Made by a program: the position numbers and the translations under genes
Notes under the pieces: model-generated
The model's database searches: none
Told to the model about the DNA's origin: nothing
What the model saw: the letters and a program-made list of their open reading frames with translations, nothing else
Shown here: positions 15,013-24,771 of the stretch, piece after piece
Numbering within the stretch: the first letter of the stretch is position 1
Layout: every line of letters begins with the position of its first letter
Source: a virus
Lineage: Duplodnaviria; Caudoviricetes
Virus record (IMG/VR): IMGVR_UViG_3300020519_000016
Coordinates: 1-30,885 of that record
DNA length: 30,885 bases
Reading direction: 5' to 3' (one strand)

Positions 15013-15627
15013 TTAGTTTCCGCTTATCGGTTGAATTGACCATCCAGGCTTATTCCCACCATATTGCGTAGGTGGATTTTTTGAAGACCAAACAGATTCA
15101 GCGCCATTTAAATTGCCATTTTGGTCATACCATTTTTGCAAGAAATCAACTTTGGATTTAGCTCTATCGTATTGTTGCTGATAGGTATCGCGAATCTTTC
15201 TGTTAGCTTCGCCACCTTGATTTATGTTTGGCAATGATTCTAAATACAATGTAATATCTTTATCAGAAGTTGTACCTGAACCTTCAACACGCTTATTAGG
15301 CGCAATGTCAGCAGTAATACTTTTCATTACTTTTTCATCGTCACCTCTCCATGATTCTGGAAAAAATGATGACATAAGCCCTTCGTGAATAGCGCCAGTT
15401 CTGCTTTTAGTATTTAAGTCTACAAACTTATTTAATAAAGATAAATTTTGTGCGCCTTTGTTTAAGACTTCATAACTAGCCTCTAATTTCTTTTGAGCAG
15501 CTTCTGAAGCTCTATCAATTGCCTTATCTCTAAGAGCGCCTGGCAAGCCTTGTCCTGGAGTTCTCATACCTGCTGGTGCAGTTGCAGCTGGTGCTGAACC
15601 GTATAGTAATTGTGAAAAATCAGCCAT
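15013..15627 (-). CDS. putative ejection protein
   Basis: Position in the cluster; GSGTTSDKD...LP motif typical of helical ejection proteins. Confidence 0.55.
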   Translation of the reverse strand: MADFSQLLYGSAPAATAPAGMRTPGQGLPGALRDKAIDRASEAAQKKLEASYEVLNKGAQNLSLLNKFVDLNTKSRTGAIHEGLMSSFFPESWRGDDEKVMKSITADIAPNKRVEGSGTTSDKDITLYLESLPNINQGGEANRKIRDTYQQQYDRAKSKVDFLQKWYDQNGNLNGAESVWSSKNPPTQYGGNKPGWSIQPISGN

Positions 15628-16637
15628 TATTTAACTCCTTGTACGGCAATGCCTTGTGCTTTAAAGTCTTGTATTACTTGCGTTGTTGATTTGCCAGAAT
15701 TTCTAGCGGTTTCATTTACATCATTCATCGTAACAGATTTAGGTTTAGCCATTGGCGGTGTTGGACTGCCATATTTGTAAATACTTTCGTTTCTAGTTAT
15801 ACCTAAATTAGCCATTGCAATATCTAACTGCGCTCTTTGTGCGTCAGTCATTTCTGATGAAATGCGTTTCCAATCCTCTACAGAGCCTTGATACCCACCT
15901 TTTTGAGCAAACCGATATTCTTTTTCTAAATTAGAAATAGACTCGGAGTCTTGTTTAGGGTTTTCTGCAATAAGACGGTTAGTTCCACCTTCAAAGCGTT
16001 TCGCACCAGCAGCAAGCTCGTAAGGCGCATTGCGTTTTCGCATAGTGTCAAAGTCACCTGTCATTAACGCTTCTATTAGTTGAGGTTTTTTAGTGGTTGT
16101 TGCGTAATCTATGTAAGCTTGTCTAATAGTGTTTTCATTAGGCTGTACCATTGTTGTCGTAGTAGTAGGCACAGAAGTAACAGCGTTGCCTGTCATGCTT
16201 TGTGTGCCATACGGTGATGTAGGTGCAACCATCTCACTAGCATTGCTTGTAGGGCTATAGTTAGGCGCAGTTTGAACTGTATCACCAATAGCCAATTCTT
16301 TACCAACGCCTGGAGCGTAAGTAGTTTGAGTTTGTGTAGTAGGCTCAAAAGCTTTACCAAATTTGTTAAGAGCATCAATCATTTTGGTGTTTTCAGCAGT
16401 TTTGTAATCGCCATATTGTTTCATGGCTTCTCTCTCTTGTTGACCACCTACATATTTATTAGCTAATGTAGATAAATGCTGTGTCCATGAGGGCGCTACA
16501 TAATGTCCCGATACCATTTGACCTTGAGGAGTTTCTTGTTGACGCAACGCATCAGCTAAAGCTAATTTGCGCTTTAAATCTATTTGCATCAAAGTATCGT
16601 CTTGAGGCATCTCTTCTTGATTACCAAATAAACTCAT
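15627..16637 (-). CDS. putative ejection protein
   Basis: LALADALRQ...GQMVSGHYVAPSW N-terminus; position in the cluster. Confidence 0.6.
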   Translation of the reverse strand: MSLFGNQEEMPQDDTLMQIDLKRKLALADALRQQETPQGQMVSGHYVAPSWTQHLSTLANKYVGGQQEREAMKQYGDYKTAENTKMIDALNKFGKAFEPTTQTQTTYAPGVGKELAIGDTVQTAPNYSPTSNASEMVAPTSPYGTQSMTGNAVTSVPTTTTTMVQPNENTIRQAYIDYATTTKKPQLIEALMTGDFDTMRKRNAPYELAAGAKRFEGGTNRLIAENPKQDSESISNLEKEYRFAQKGGYQGSVEDWKRISSEMTDAQRAQLDIAMANLGITRNESIYKYGSPTPPMAKPKSVTMNDVNETARNSGKSTTQVIQDFKAQGIAVQGVK

Positions 16638-16638
16638 A

Positions 16639-17730
16639 TTAAACCCCTAACATTGCGTAATTAACAGCTTTAAAGCCATTGTCCATTTCAACAACGGCTT
16701 CAGGCATGATAGCTTCAACTTCTTGAGCCATAACACCAATTTGTTTGCCTTCAGGCAAATCATAGCCATCTTTGTAATTGTATGAGTAAAGATTAAGACC
16801 ATTTTCTAATGAGCCAACTTTTTCAATGTTTGTTTTTAATCTTTCATCAGAATACTTCATAATGCCAGCACCACCAAGACCCATTAACCCACTCATAAAA
16901 CCACCACTAGCGGCATTTTGTGCATTTACATTAGCTAATTGAGCGTTGTAACCTGCCTGTGTAGCACCTAATATATCAGCGCCAGCAGTTTGAGCTTGAT
17001 TTGGAGTGTTTGCAAAGCTTGGGTTTTGCACTTGAGAACCTGTGCGCAACGCATTAATAACATTGATAGGTTGCATTTGGTTGTAAGCTTCTTGTTGGAA
17101 GGCTTGTTGATTTGCACCTAAGCCAACATTCATGCCGCTTGTAATAGCTGCAAGTTGACGGTCGTTTTGATTCATAGCTAATTGGCGTTTAGCGTTTTGA
17201 TACGCTTCTGTACCTTGAGCAATACCTTGGTTAGCTAATTGAGCGTCAGACATTTCGCTTTCTTGAGCAATTTGAGGTGCTAATCTACGCATGATAGCGT
17301 CAGAGTATGTTTCGCCAGGATTAATGCCGTAAGAAGGCAATTTAGACATATCCACACCAGGCTGACTTAACATTTCGTTAGCGTAGTTTAAGCCTTTATT
17401 AGCTGTAGACATTAAGCCTTCGTTAAGTTGGCTCTCTTGTTGGTAAATCTTTTGTTGCTCTGGAGATAGTGTTTGTGTGGCAGTGTAAAGAGTGTTGCCG
17501 TATGGGTCAGTGCCTGGGTTAGCTGTGTAAGTAAGATTGCCGTATGGTGTAACTTGGTTTGTACGGTTAGCAGCAGCAGTAGCCCTTGCAGATTCTAAAT
17601 TGCCAGCAGATGTTTCTTTAGCGGCAGCAGTATAGTCAGGCGCTGGTGGTGCTTTAGCTTTACCGTTAGCCATTGATATGAATGGGTCACGAACACCTTG
17701 CAATCTTAATTGCACAAATTTACCTAGCAT
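16639..17730 (-). CDS. DNA transfer/pilot protein with C-terminal peptidase S74 intramolecular chaperone
   Basis: KAPPAPDY...ANRTNQVTPYG N-terminus, Gln/Ala-rich body, SDERLKTNI...GVMAQEVE...VNY C-terminus; GGAG RBS. Confidence 0.75.
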   Translation of the reverse strand: MLGKFVQLRLQGVRDPFISMANGKAKAPPAPDYTAAAKETSAGNLESARATAAANRTNQVTPYGNLTYTANPGTDPYGNTLYTATQTLSPEQQKIYQQESQLNEGLMSTANKGLNYANEMLSQPGVDMSKLPSYGINPGETYSDAIMRRLAPQIAQESEMSDAQLANQGIAQGTEAYQNAKRQLAMNQNDRQLAAITSGMNVGLGANQQAFQQEAYNQMQPINVINALRTGSQVQNPSFANTPNQAQTAGADILGATQAGYNAQLANVNAQNAASGGFMSGLMGLGGAGIMKYSDERLKTNIEKVGSLENGLNLYSYNYKDGYDLPEGKQIGVMAQEVEAIMPEAVVEMDNGFKAVNYAMLGV

Positions 17731-18127
17731 TTTTTTTACTCCAATTTAACATTTTGCAGTTTTCAGGCCATAGGGTCATTATAAGTAAATCACCGTTACG
17801 ACCTGCGTCTTTTAAAGTTGTTTCTATTACAAACCCAATCTTATGATTGAGGCTTATTGCTTTGTGGTTGTCGGCTTCTACGGTAGCTGTAAAGCGTTTA
17901 ACCTTTACTTGATTAAAAATGTAATCTACTACTGTAATCCAGTAACCTTTAGGTGGTGGTGAGTCTATTCGTTGATGGCCAAACATATTGTTGCCGTTCC
18001 AGTTTTCAAAAGCCGTTCCAGCAACAATAACACCATCTATTTCCCAACCAAGAGCAGTCATTCTTTCGGTATAAGAGCCTACCTTTTCCATCACCCAACG
18101 AGCTACATATTCGCCTTGGACTAGCAT
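17720..18127 (-). CDS. GNAT-fold acetyltransferase-like virion morphogenesis protein
   Basis: YIFNQ..VKR.TA.V.ADN..AI.LN.KIGF..E..L motif; located between the nozzle and ejection genes. Confidence 0.75.
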   Translation of the reverse strand: MLVQGEYVARWVMEKVGSYTERMTALGWEIDGVIVAGTAFENWNGNNMFGHQRIDSPPPKGYWITVVDYIFNQVKVKRFTATVEADNHKAISLNHKIGFVIETTLKDAGRNGDLLIMTLWPENCKMLNWSKKNAR

Positions 18128-19647
18128 TACAAGATTGCACCGCCCTCAATAACAATGTCAGTGCCTACCCAGCTTACATTTAACTGCGCTGATAAAACTT
18201 TGACCACAGGTGCGCCATAATAACCAACACCATTTAGACCTTGCCAGTTTTGATACACAGTAGGAGAACCACCAAATGCAGACGCATCCCATATACCACT
18301 ATCCCATACGCCATAGTTTACAGGCACATAGTTTAAGATTGTAGATGTATCGGTTGTGTCAAAGTCTATATTAACGCCAGCGTAAACAGATGGTGAACCA
18401 TCAGCCCTTAATATAGGGCGTGACATAGTAAAGCGTTTTAATGTACCTGCGCCACTAAAGTTGTTAAATGCTTGCAAGCCAAACGATTGAATGTTGTTGC
18501 CACCGTCTGTATTGCTATTGTAAGCGTGAGCTACATAACCATTACCGCCAAAGTAAGGCTCGTCTTGAAACATCTCCATGCAATTGGAGTTCCAATTGGT
18601 GTAGTTACACCATGAGCCTGTAATAGTGTTCATTACATATTGCTGTTGATTTACACCTTCTTGCACAGGCACATTTAACCATAATTGGTTAATAGTTGGC
18701 ACATACATTAATTGCCAGCCAAAGTTAGTAGCATAGTTAGTTACAGCTTCACTAATAGCAAACTGTATTTTATCGGTAATGGCTACCCTAGGTTGAACTC
18801 TAGATGATTGCAAAGCACCTGATAATGGCACTACACCATCTTGGCAAATAATAAGCATATCGCCAGCGTACTTGTATAAGCTTCTAGGGCCTATTGGCGC
18901 ACCAATATCCCATACACCTACCATAGACCATGTTGTAACTGATGTAGGGTCTATGCCTTGATACACGATAATTTGACCTTTGTTGGTCATAATTACATAG
19001 TGGTCGTTTACACCTTGGCCAGCATCAATTGTCCATGTGCCGTGAGCTACAATGTAACCGCCCTTGGTCATAAATGAAGCTATGTCTACAGCAGCCGCAG
19101 CACCAGCAATAGAATCTACTGGTAGATACCAAACTTTAAGGCTGTTTTCTTGTATAAAAAACTGTCTTTCAGCGTAAAGTATAGGGTCACGCAATGTAGT
19201 AGCCGTAACGCCTGTTATAGCAGGTGTAGACCATGTAGAGCCATTATAGTTACGAGGTGCATCTACACCATTAGCCATAGATAGGAAATTGCCACCAGAG
19301 GTTGCAATGTTGCAATAACCCCAGCGTGAATTAGTTAGCCCAGACAGCACAGCAGCCCCTACAGCGCCTGATGATGTTACATCGTATACTTTGCCATCAG
19401 CGATAGCAAATAATTCGTCTGTAGAGCCTCCAGAGTAGGCCATGATGGTTTCTACTTGACCTGTAATACCTGTAGCGTGTTTTGTGTAACCTTTACGCAT
19501 TACACATTCTGTTGTAGCTGGAAACCAGTTATTTAACACAACTGCGTCTAGCGGACTCATTGCTGCCAATGAATCTCTAGCGTTCCATCCACCTACTGGT
19601 GCTGGTAATGATACTGGCTGTGATACAGCTCTTTTAGCTATAGCCAT
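18127..19647 (-). CDS. tail nozzle / packaged-DNA stabilisation protein (P22 gp10-like position)
   Basis: 506 aa, beta-rich, PAPVGGWNARD N-terminus; follows the adaptor gene. Confidence 0.75.
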   Translation of the reverse strand: MAIAKRAVSQPVSLPAPVGGWNARDSLAAMSPLDAVVLNNWFPATTECVMRKGYTKHATGITGQVETIMAYSGGSTDELFAIADGKVYDVTSSGAVGAAVLSGLTNSRWGYCNIATSGGNFLSMANGVDAPRNYNGSTWSTPAITGVTATTLRDPILYAERQFFIQENSLKVWYLPVDSIAGAAAAVDIASFMTKGGYIVAHGTWTIDAGQGVNDHYVIMTNKGQIIVYQGIDPTSVTTWSMVGVWDIGAPIGPRSLYKYAGDMLIICQDGVVPLSGALQSSRVQPRVAITDKIQFAISEAVTNYATNFGWQLMYVPTINQLWLNVPVQEGVNQQQYVMNTITGSWCNYTNWNSNCMEMFQDEPYFGGNGYVAHAYNSNTDGGNNIQSFGLQAFNNFSGAGTLKRFTMSRPILRADGSPSVYAGVNIDFDTTDTSTILNYVPVNYGVWDSGIWDASAFGGSPTVYQNWQGLNGVGYYGAPVVKVLSAQLNVSWVGTDIVIEGGAIL

Positions 19648-19649
19648 TG

Positions 19650-20567
19650 TTAAGCTCCGTAGTTAGCGTCTGGAATGTTCTCCCAACCAATTAGGACATT
19701 GGCTGTTCTTGGTGCTAGTGATAGTGTAGCAGAACCTGCATCGTTTGCTTTGGCAATGTTAAGTTGCATATCATAATCACGCTGGAATGATGATGTATCA
19801 AAACCTTTTATCTCAAAGTATTTCTTTTTAAGCGCCAACACCATCAAACGGTTAGGGTAGATACAAGTATCAGTGTCCGCTAAAAATTGTAATTGTGTTG
19901 TGCCTGTGGCAGATGTTGCCCAGTTTGTTGAGATGTACTCAAAGCTTAGATATTCGTTAGTAGATGTAAGTGGCCATATTTGAAACTTCTGACCCATGAT
20001 ACGCCAACGAATACGAGGGCCAGTTGAAATGTAGCTAGACTTGAGCCATTGCCATTGTTGTGGTGTTTCAGGGCCTAACATTTCCCAGCGTTTAGATTTG
20101 TCGTATTGTGTGCGGTCTGTAATACGGTCAAAGCCTGTAGGCAAGTCATACATAACTTGACCAAATACATAGTTGCCTGAACCATCGCTAGTCGCAGCAC
20201 TATTGATTGTAACGGTAGTTCCAGTAGCAGACACCACCTGTGTGCTTTGAATGACACCTTCACCTTGCACTTGGAAGTTACCTGCGCCAGCTGCATTAAT
20301 AAACGCTACTGTAGCAGGGTCTACACCTGTAATTACGCTAGTGCCATTAATGATAGCACCATCTGATTCAGAGTATTGTGAATACCAATCGTATTCAACA
20401 TTTAGAGCTTCCCATGGATACTCTCTCGCAATTTCGTTACCAGCCGCATTAATCAAGTAATAAAGTTGGGTAACATCAGCAGCAGTATTGCCTACCACCG
20501 CATTGGGGACAGCCAAGCCCATTTCTGCTGACGCTTGTTGCACTAATTCCAAGAGAGTTGTTGCCAT
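19650..20567 (-). CDS. head-tail adaptor (tail tubular protein A-like)
   Basis: TLLELVQ.A..E.G helical N-terminus, YDLP.GFDR, position downstream of the capsid genes. Confidence 0.7.
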   Translation of the reverse strand: MATTLLELVQQASAEMGLAVPNAVVGNTAADVTQLYYLINAAGNEIAREYPWEALNVEYDWYSQYSESDGAIINGTSVITGVDPATVAFINAAGAGNFQVQGEGVIQSTQVVSATGTTVTINSAATSDGSGNYVFGQVMYDLPTGFDRITDRTQYDKSKRWEMLGPETPQQWQWLKSSYISTGPRIRWRIMGQKFQIWPLTSTNEYLSFEYISTNWATSATGTTQLQFLADTDTCIYPNRLMVLALKKKYFEIKGFDTSSFQRDYDMQLNIAKANDAGSATLSLAPRTANVLIGWENIPDANYGA

Positions 20568-20568
20568 A

Positions 20569-21162
20569 TTATTCCTCTAATTCCTCTGCTTTAGCCTTCT
20601 TAGGCGCAGCTTTAGGTTGATTCATTTTCTGTGCTAACTCTGCTAGTTGTGCCTTGACTGCTGATAGCTCTTCATCACGCTTACGAAGTTCGTCTGCTTG
20701 TTGTTGAACTAATGCTGTGCCTTTGGCGCTAGATAAGAAAGCTTTTGCCTTGTCACGCAGAGCTAGTGGTGACATACCTGCTGCCATACCCATTGCACCT
20801 AATTGAGCGTCAGACGCTTGTGCTACTTGCTCTACTGTGTAAAATTTAAAGTGTTTTAACTCTGCCGCTGAAGCTGCATTTAAAACTGGCCAATCGTGAA
20901 GCAATGTGCCTTCAATATCGCCATCTGTTTTTTCGTTTTGATACCTTGCCCATTGTATAGGGAAGCGGTCTTTATGTTCTTTAGCCGCAAAGGTGTCAAT
21001 TACTGTGTGAGTGTTGCCTGGGACTTCTATTAAAATAAAGTCTGCCATTTCCATGATAGGACGGCCTTCTAAAGCACTCTTGAACTCGTTACTTACTGCT
21101 CGTTGATAGAACTTCACATTCAATCGTGAATCGGGGTTATTTACATCGGTATTGTATTGCAT
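20569..21162 (-). CDS. conserved phage hypothetical protein
   Basis: Start refined to ATG 21162 (GGAG RBS); RFP.QWARY, GT.L.DWP, TVEQ.A motifs and a coiled-coil tail. Confidence 0.75.
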   Translation of the reverse strand: MQYNTDVNNPDSRLNVKFYQRAVSNEFKSALEGRPIMEMADFILIEVPGNTHTVIDTFAAKEHKDRFPIQWARYQNEKTDGDIEGTLLHDWPVLNAASAAELKHFKFYTVEQVAQASDAQLGAMGMAAGMSPLALRDKAKAFLSSAKGTALVQQQADELRKRDEELSAVKAQLAELAQKMNQPKAAPKKAKAEELEE

Positions 21163-21218
21163 TTGAATCTCCAAAGTGGTTTGGGGTTTGTAGATAGCTC
21201 TCGGAATGAAAACTACCT

Positions 21219-21243
21219 AGAAACCCACCTCCGAAGAGGTGAG
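21219..21243 (-). terminator. terminator hairpin after the capsid/decoration genes
   Basis: CTCACCTC-TTCG-GAGGTGGG-TTTCT: cUUCGg tetraloop with a short U-tract. Confidence 0.75.
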
Positions 21244-21254
21244 AGTCTTTTATA

Positions 21255-21545
21255 TTACACTGAAGCTTCGCTGAACCAACCGTAATCGCCAACAACCATT
21301 GCTGTTGCTGGTGAATCGTATGTACCGCCAACATTAGTTGCTGCAAATGTAGTTGCATCTATAGAGCAAGTTGTATCTGATGCTGCAATAGAATCACTTG
21401 CTTTTGCAAAAACATAACGACGACCGTCTGAACCCCATACTTGAGTACCAAGTAAAGCGTTTACAGGTGCGCCAGCAGCAATTTCTACTGCTGTAATCGT
21501 GTCAACCAAATCAATCCCAGCAAGTGGGGTTACTGAATATGCCAT
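21255..21545 (-). CDS. capsid decoration/cement protein
   Basis: 96 aa directly after the MCP and before the terminator; G.DGRRYVFAKA...GDYGWF. Confidence 0.65.
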   Translation of the reverse strand: MAYSVTPLAGIDLVDTITAVEIAAGAPVNALLGTQVWGSDGRRYVFAKASDSIAASDTTCSIDATTFAATNVGGTYDSPATAMVVGDYGWFSEASV

Positions 21546-21556
21546 GTTATTTCCCC

Positions 21557-22552
21557 TTAAGCCTTAAGAACGCCACTGAATTGTGGACCAGAGCTAGTTA
21601 AGTTACCAGCCCAACCGATTAGTTTAACTACAGCGTCTTGGTTTACAGATTGACGCTCGCCACCGATAGGGGCAAAGTTACGGTCTGTATGTGGACGGAA
21701 GTAGATGTAGTTAGTGTTCAAGAACCACATGTGGTTTGCAGTTGCTTGAGAACCAATACCACCACCTAATACTACGTCGGCAGATGTACCGCCACCGTAG
21801 AATTTCAATGATGCGAAACCAGCAGCACCTTCATCAGCAGATGTTACACGCTGAATAGCTTGCAATGAGTTTACATACAATGAGTAGTAGTTGTTGTCAG
21901 CTACAATCAAATCAGCCTTATCTTGACCACGAACTAATTTAATAGCTAGTTGAGTCATGTAAGATTGAATGTTAGCAGCAGAAACAGCAGCACCGCCATT
22001 GGTTACGCCAGAGAAAGCTTGGTTTTGCCAGAATGACCATGTTGCACGGTTAATACCACCGTAAACACCAGTTGAAGGACTATCTGCAACAGCAGCAGCC
22101 AAACCAGTTAAGTTTTTACCACCGTTACCAGTACCGTCACCGTAGATGTCAGTTTGGATACGATTCATCAATTGACCTTCAGCAACTTGTACACGACCTT
22201 CTAACAAGTCGATGATTGCCTCTTTAGAACTGTTTTGCAACATTTCCAAGCCAGAGATGGTAACAGCAGACGCATATTGAGCGATAGAGAATTGAGCTGC
22301 TGAGATTGGGCTGTTAGGCGCAATGTTCAGAGTTTCGTAACCGCTGTATGAGTTAGTGTTGTTTGTATTGCTGTCGTTGTACATGATTTCTTCTAAAATC
22401 ACGTTACCGCCAGAGAATGGGCGTACGTTACCACGTTTGCGTAAACGGTCTAAAACCGCATTGTTTAATGTTACGTTGTCAGCCAGTTTGCCACTACGAC
22501 TTTGGATGGTAGTTGCAATAATGTCTGACACGGTTGAATTGGCAAAAGCCAT
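21557..22552 (-). CDS. major capsid protein
   Basis: 331 aa after the scaffold; strong AAGGAG RBS; LADNV..NN..L.RL, YGDGT, GGINR, PHTDRNF motifs. Confidence 0.9.
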   Translation of the reverse strand: MAFANSTVSDIIATTIQSRSGKLADNVTLNNAVLDRLRKRGNVRPFSGGNVILEEIMYNDSNTNNTNSYSGYETLNIAPNSPISAAQFSIAQYASAVTISGLEMLQNSSKEAIIDLLEGRVQVAEGQLMNRIQTDIYGDGTGNGGKNLTGLAAAVADSPSTGVYGGINRATWSFWQNQAFSGVTNGGAAVSAANIQSYMTQLAIKLVRGQDKADLIVADNNYYSLYVNSLQAIQRVTSADEGAAGFASLKFYGGGTSADVVLGGGIGSQATANHMWFLNTNYIYFRPHTDRNFAPIGGERQSVNQDAVVKLIGWAGNLTSSGPQFSGVLKA

Positions 22553-22573
22553 AATGTCACTCCTTATTTATTG

Positions 22574-23602
22574 TCAGATTAAACCACTAGAGTGCTGTTC
22601 AAAAGCTTGCATAATTGCATCTCTAGCGGAACTTGCGGACTTACCACCACTAGACATTGACGCTGTAGGCGTTGTTGACTTAGGTGAAAGTACCTTTGCT
22701 TTTGCGGCTGCTACCTTTTCTCGTTGAGCTGCCTCGGATTTCTGCGCTTGTGTAGCGTTTACTTTCTGAAATACATCATCGTTTAATCGGATAGCTTTGT
22801 CATAAGCTGATTGAAGGTCGTTTGCCATTCCGCTTTGGAGTAATCCAGCCATGGTTTCACGAACTTCCTCAAAATAAGGCTTGTCATCTTTAAATGACGA
22901 AATCTCATTCTGCAATTGGGCTTGCTCTATCCGCTCTTGAGAGCTTTGAAAGCTAGTCCATTGATTCTTTATTTGATTCAACTCTTGTGCTAATTGTGAG
23001 AACTGTGGGTCGTAACCTTGGCCAGTTATAGAGCCTAAGTTAATGCCATAGTCATTAGCAAGCTGAGCAAACATTTGTTGCTTTTGCTCTGGCGAACCCA
23101 TAGCTAGGGTTGCATGAGCTTTACCTAAATTACTTATCCATGTAGATGGCTCAATACTGTGTTCTTGCAATAAAGGCATAAATGGCTCTATCGCATGGAC
23201 TAATGGTTGAGCCATGTCCCACTGATTCTTGTAAGTTGAAACGCCTTTAGCGTAATCAGCTTCCCTTTGCTGAATATAATCCTGCAAAGTTGGGTCTAAC
23301 TTACCCCAATGCTCTTCATAGTCCTTTTTCCAAGAACTAGGACGAGGTTTTGTAGTTATTTCTGCTACATTTGTATCATTTTCTACAACATTGTCATCAG
23401 ATGCCTCTGTAAGCTCTTTTGAAGCGTTTTGAGAGGTTTTAGCGAATTTACCTGACTCATCCCTAGGGCGAGAAGTTTTATCGCTTTCTACAGCGTCCTG
23501 TGAGGTCGTATTTTCTGTTACTGCTGATTCTGTTGATTCAATAGCATTTTCGATTGTATCTCGAAGGCTAATTGGCTCTTCCAGAGTAGTCTGGTTTTCC
23601 AT
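22574..23602 (-). CDS. capsid scaffolding protein
   Basis: Acidic low-complexity N-terminus with RDESGKFA, PSSWKK, coiled coils, LQSAYDKA; immediately upstream of the MCP. Confidence 0.8.
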   Translation of the reverse strand: MENQTTLEEPISLRDTIENAIESTESAVTENTTSQDAVESDKTSRPRDESGKFAKTSQNASKELTEASDDNVVENDTNVAEITTKPRPSSWKKDYEEHWGKLDPTLQDYIQQREADYAKGVSTYKNQWDMAQPLVHAIEPFMPLLQEHSIEPSTWISNLGKAHATLAMGSPEQKQQMFAQLANDYGINLGSITGQGYDPQFSQLAQELNQIKNQWTSFQSSQERIEQAQLQNEISSFKDDKPYFEEVRETMAGLLQSGMANDLQSAYDKAIRLNDDVFQKVNATQAQKSEAAQREKVAAAKAKVLSPKSTTPTASMSSGGKSASSARDAIMQAFEQHSSGLI

Positions 23603-23614
23603 TTTGCTTTCCTT

Positions 23615-23662
23615 GTGTTGATGAAACTGTTTTTTATCGACATGAATGGTTTATGTGTCGAT
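23615..23662. repeat. three alternating-orientation RTGTYGAT boxes
   Basis: GTGTTGAT-N13-ATCGACAT-N11-GTGTCGAT in the intergenic gap upstream of the scaffold gene. Confidence 0.6.
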
Positions 23663-23671
23663 TACTTAAAC

Positions 23672-24118
23672 TTAATAACGCAATTTGTTGTAAACTTCTC
23701 TTGCTATATGCTCTTTCAAATTATCCTTAGGTCTTTCGGGATTCTTTATAGGCATATCACCTGCCTCTATGCAGTTGTTACGCTTTAGATGCTCTCTGTG
23801 AGCTTTCTTGCCCTCTATCATGCGACCATCAATCATTGACTGATAGGGCTTGTAGTCTTCACGAACATAAGGCAACGCTACAGTGCCTTGTCTGTACATC
23901 ATGGTTAGCTTTTCTTGCCAAACCTTTTCGCCTTCTTCACCACTAAGATTCCATCGCTCTAGGAAGTCAGCTTTCATTGTTACTAAATCGTCTTCTTGCT
24001 CGTCTTTCTTTTCTTCTAACCTTACTGTGCGGTCTATCTTGTCGTAATTGTCATCAAAGGTTTTACCCTTCATGCGAGTCTGTATAGAATCGCCTGTTAT
24101 CTCGTTGATTGCTGCCAT
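23672..24118 (-). CDS. hypothetical phage protein
   Basis: INEITGDSIQT N-terminus; DYKPYQSMIDG..I.G...HREHLKRNNCIE C-terminal motif. Confidence 0.7.
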   Translation of the reverse strand: MAAINEITGDSIQTRMKGKTFDDNYDKIDRTVRLEEKKDEQEDDLVTMKADFLERWNLSGEEGEKVWQEKLTMMYRQGTVALPYVREDYKPYQSMIDGRMIEGKKAHREHLKRNNCIEAGDMPIKNPERPKDNLKEHIAREVYNKLRY

Positions 24119-24120
24119 GG

Positions 24121-24483
24121 TTACATGAGCATTAGTAGTAATGCCTCATCCTCCTGTTCTTGTTGCATTTCTTTAAATCTGCCAATAATCCGTTGCACTA
24201 GCTCTGCGTCTTGAGCTAACTTACCGTAATCAATGGAATGAATAGATAAGCCTTGTGAGGGCTTAACATACTTAGCGACTTCTTCTTTTAACTCTGCTGC
24301 TACTGGCTCTGCAAATAACTCTTTAACATGGTCTTGCATTTCAGACCTAGCTGACTTGCGTATGTATTCTTTCTTTTTCTTACCTATACCGCCTTTAGCA
24401 CCCCATACAAATGGTGACGGTGGTACAACTGCTTTTAATAGTGAATTAAACGCTGTAGATGCAAATGCGTTAAATCCAAACAT
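24121..24483 (-). CDS. hypothetical virion-associated protein
   Basis: MFGFNAFASTAF N-terminus; EDEALLLML C-terminus. Confidence 0.7.
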   Translation of the reverse strand: MFGFNAFASTAFNSLLKAVVPPSPFVWGAKGGIGKKKKEYIRKSARSEMQDHVKELFAEPVAAELKEEVAKYVKPSQGLSIHSIDYGKLAQDAELVQRIIGRFKEMQQEQEDEALLLMLM

Positions 24484-24486
24484 AAA

Positions 24487-24771
24487 TTATCCTAATAAGC
24501 TAACGGTAACAAATCCTACTAATCCGCCTAATGTAGTTGCCACCCAATCCCAAATGTCTGCTGTGTGCTTGTCAGGATGTAGTGCATCGTATATCTCTTT
24601 AAGTAGCGCAATGATAGCCACGACAACAACAGCGTAAAAGCCAATGAAAGGTGTCAACATAGCAGCTATAATAAAGCCACAGATAAAGTGCATTTGCTTG
24701 TCACAAGGTACTTTGCACACGATGCAGAATTGGCTTAAGAAAGCGTTAAGTTTAGCAATTATTTTTTCCAT
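24487..24771 (-). CDS. VanZ-like small membrane protein
   Basis: DKQMHF...KE.YD...D..D.VAT..GG motif with three hydrophobic helices. Confidence 0.7.
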   Translation of the reverse strand: MEKIIAKLNAFLSQFCIVCKVPCDKQMHFICGFIIAAMLTPFIGFYAVVVVAIIALLKEIYDALHPDKHTADIWDWVATTLGGLVGFVTVSLLG

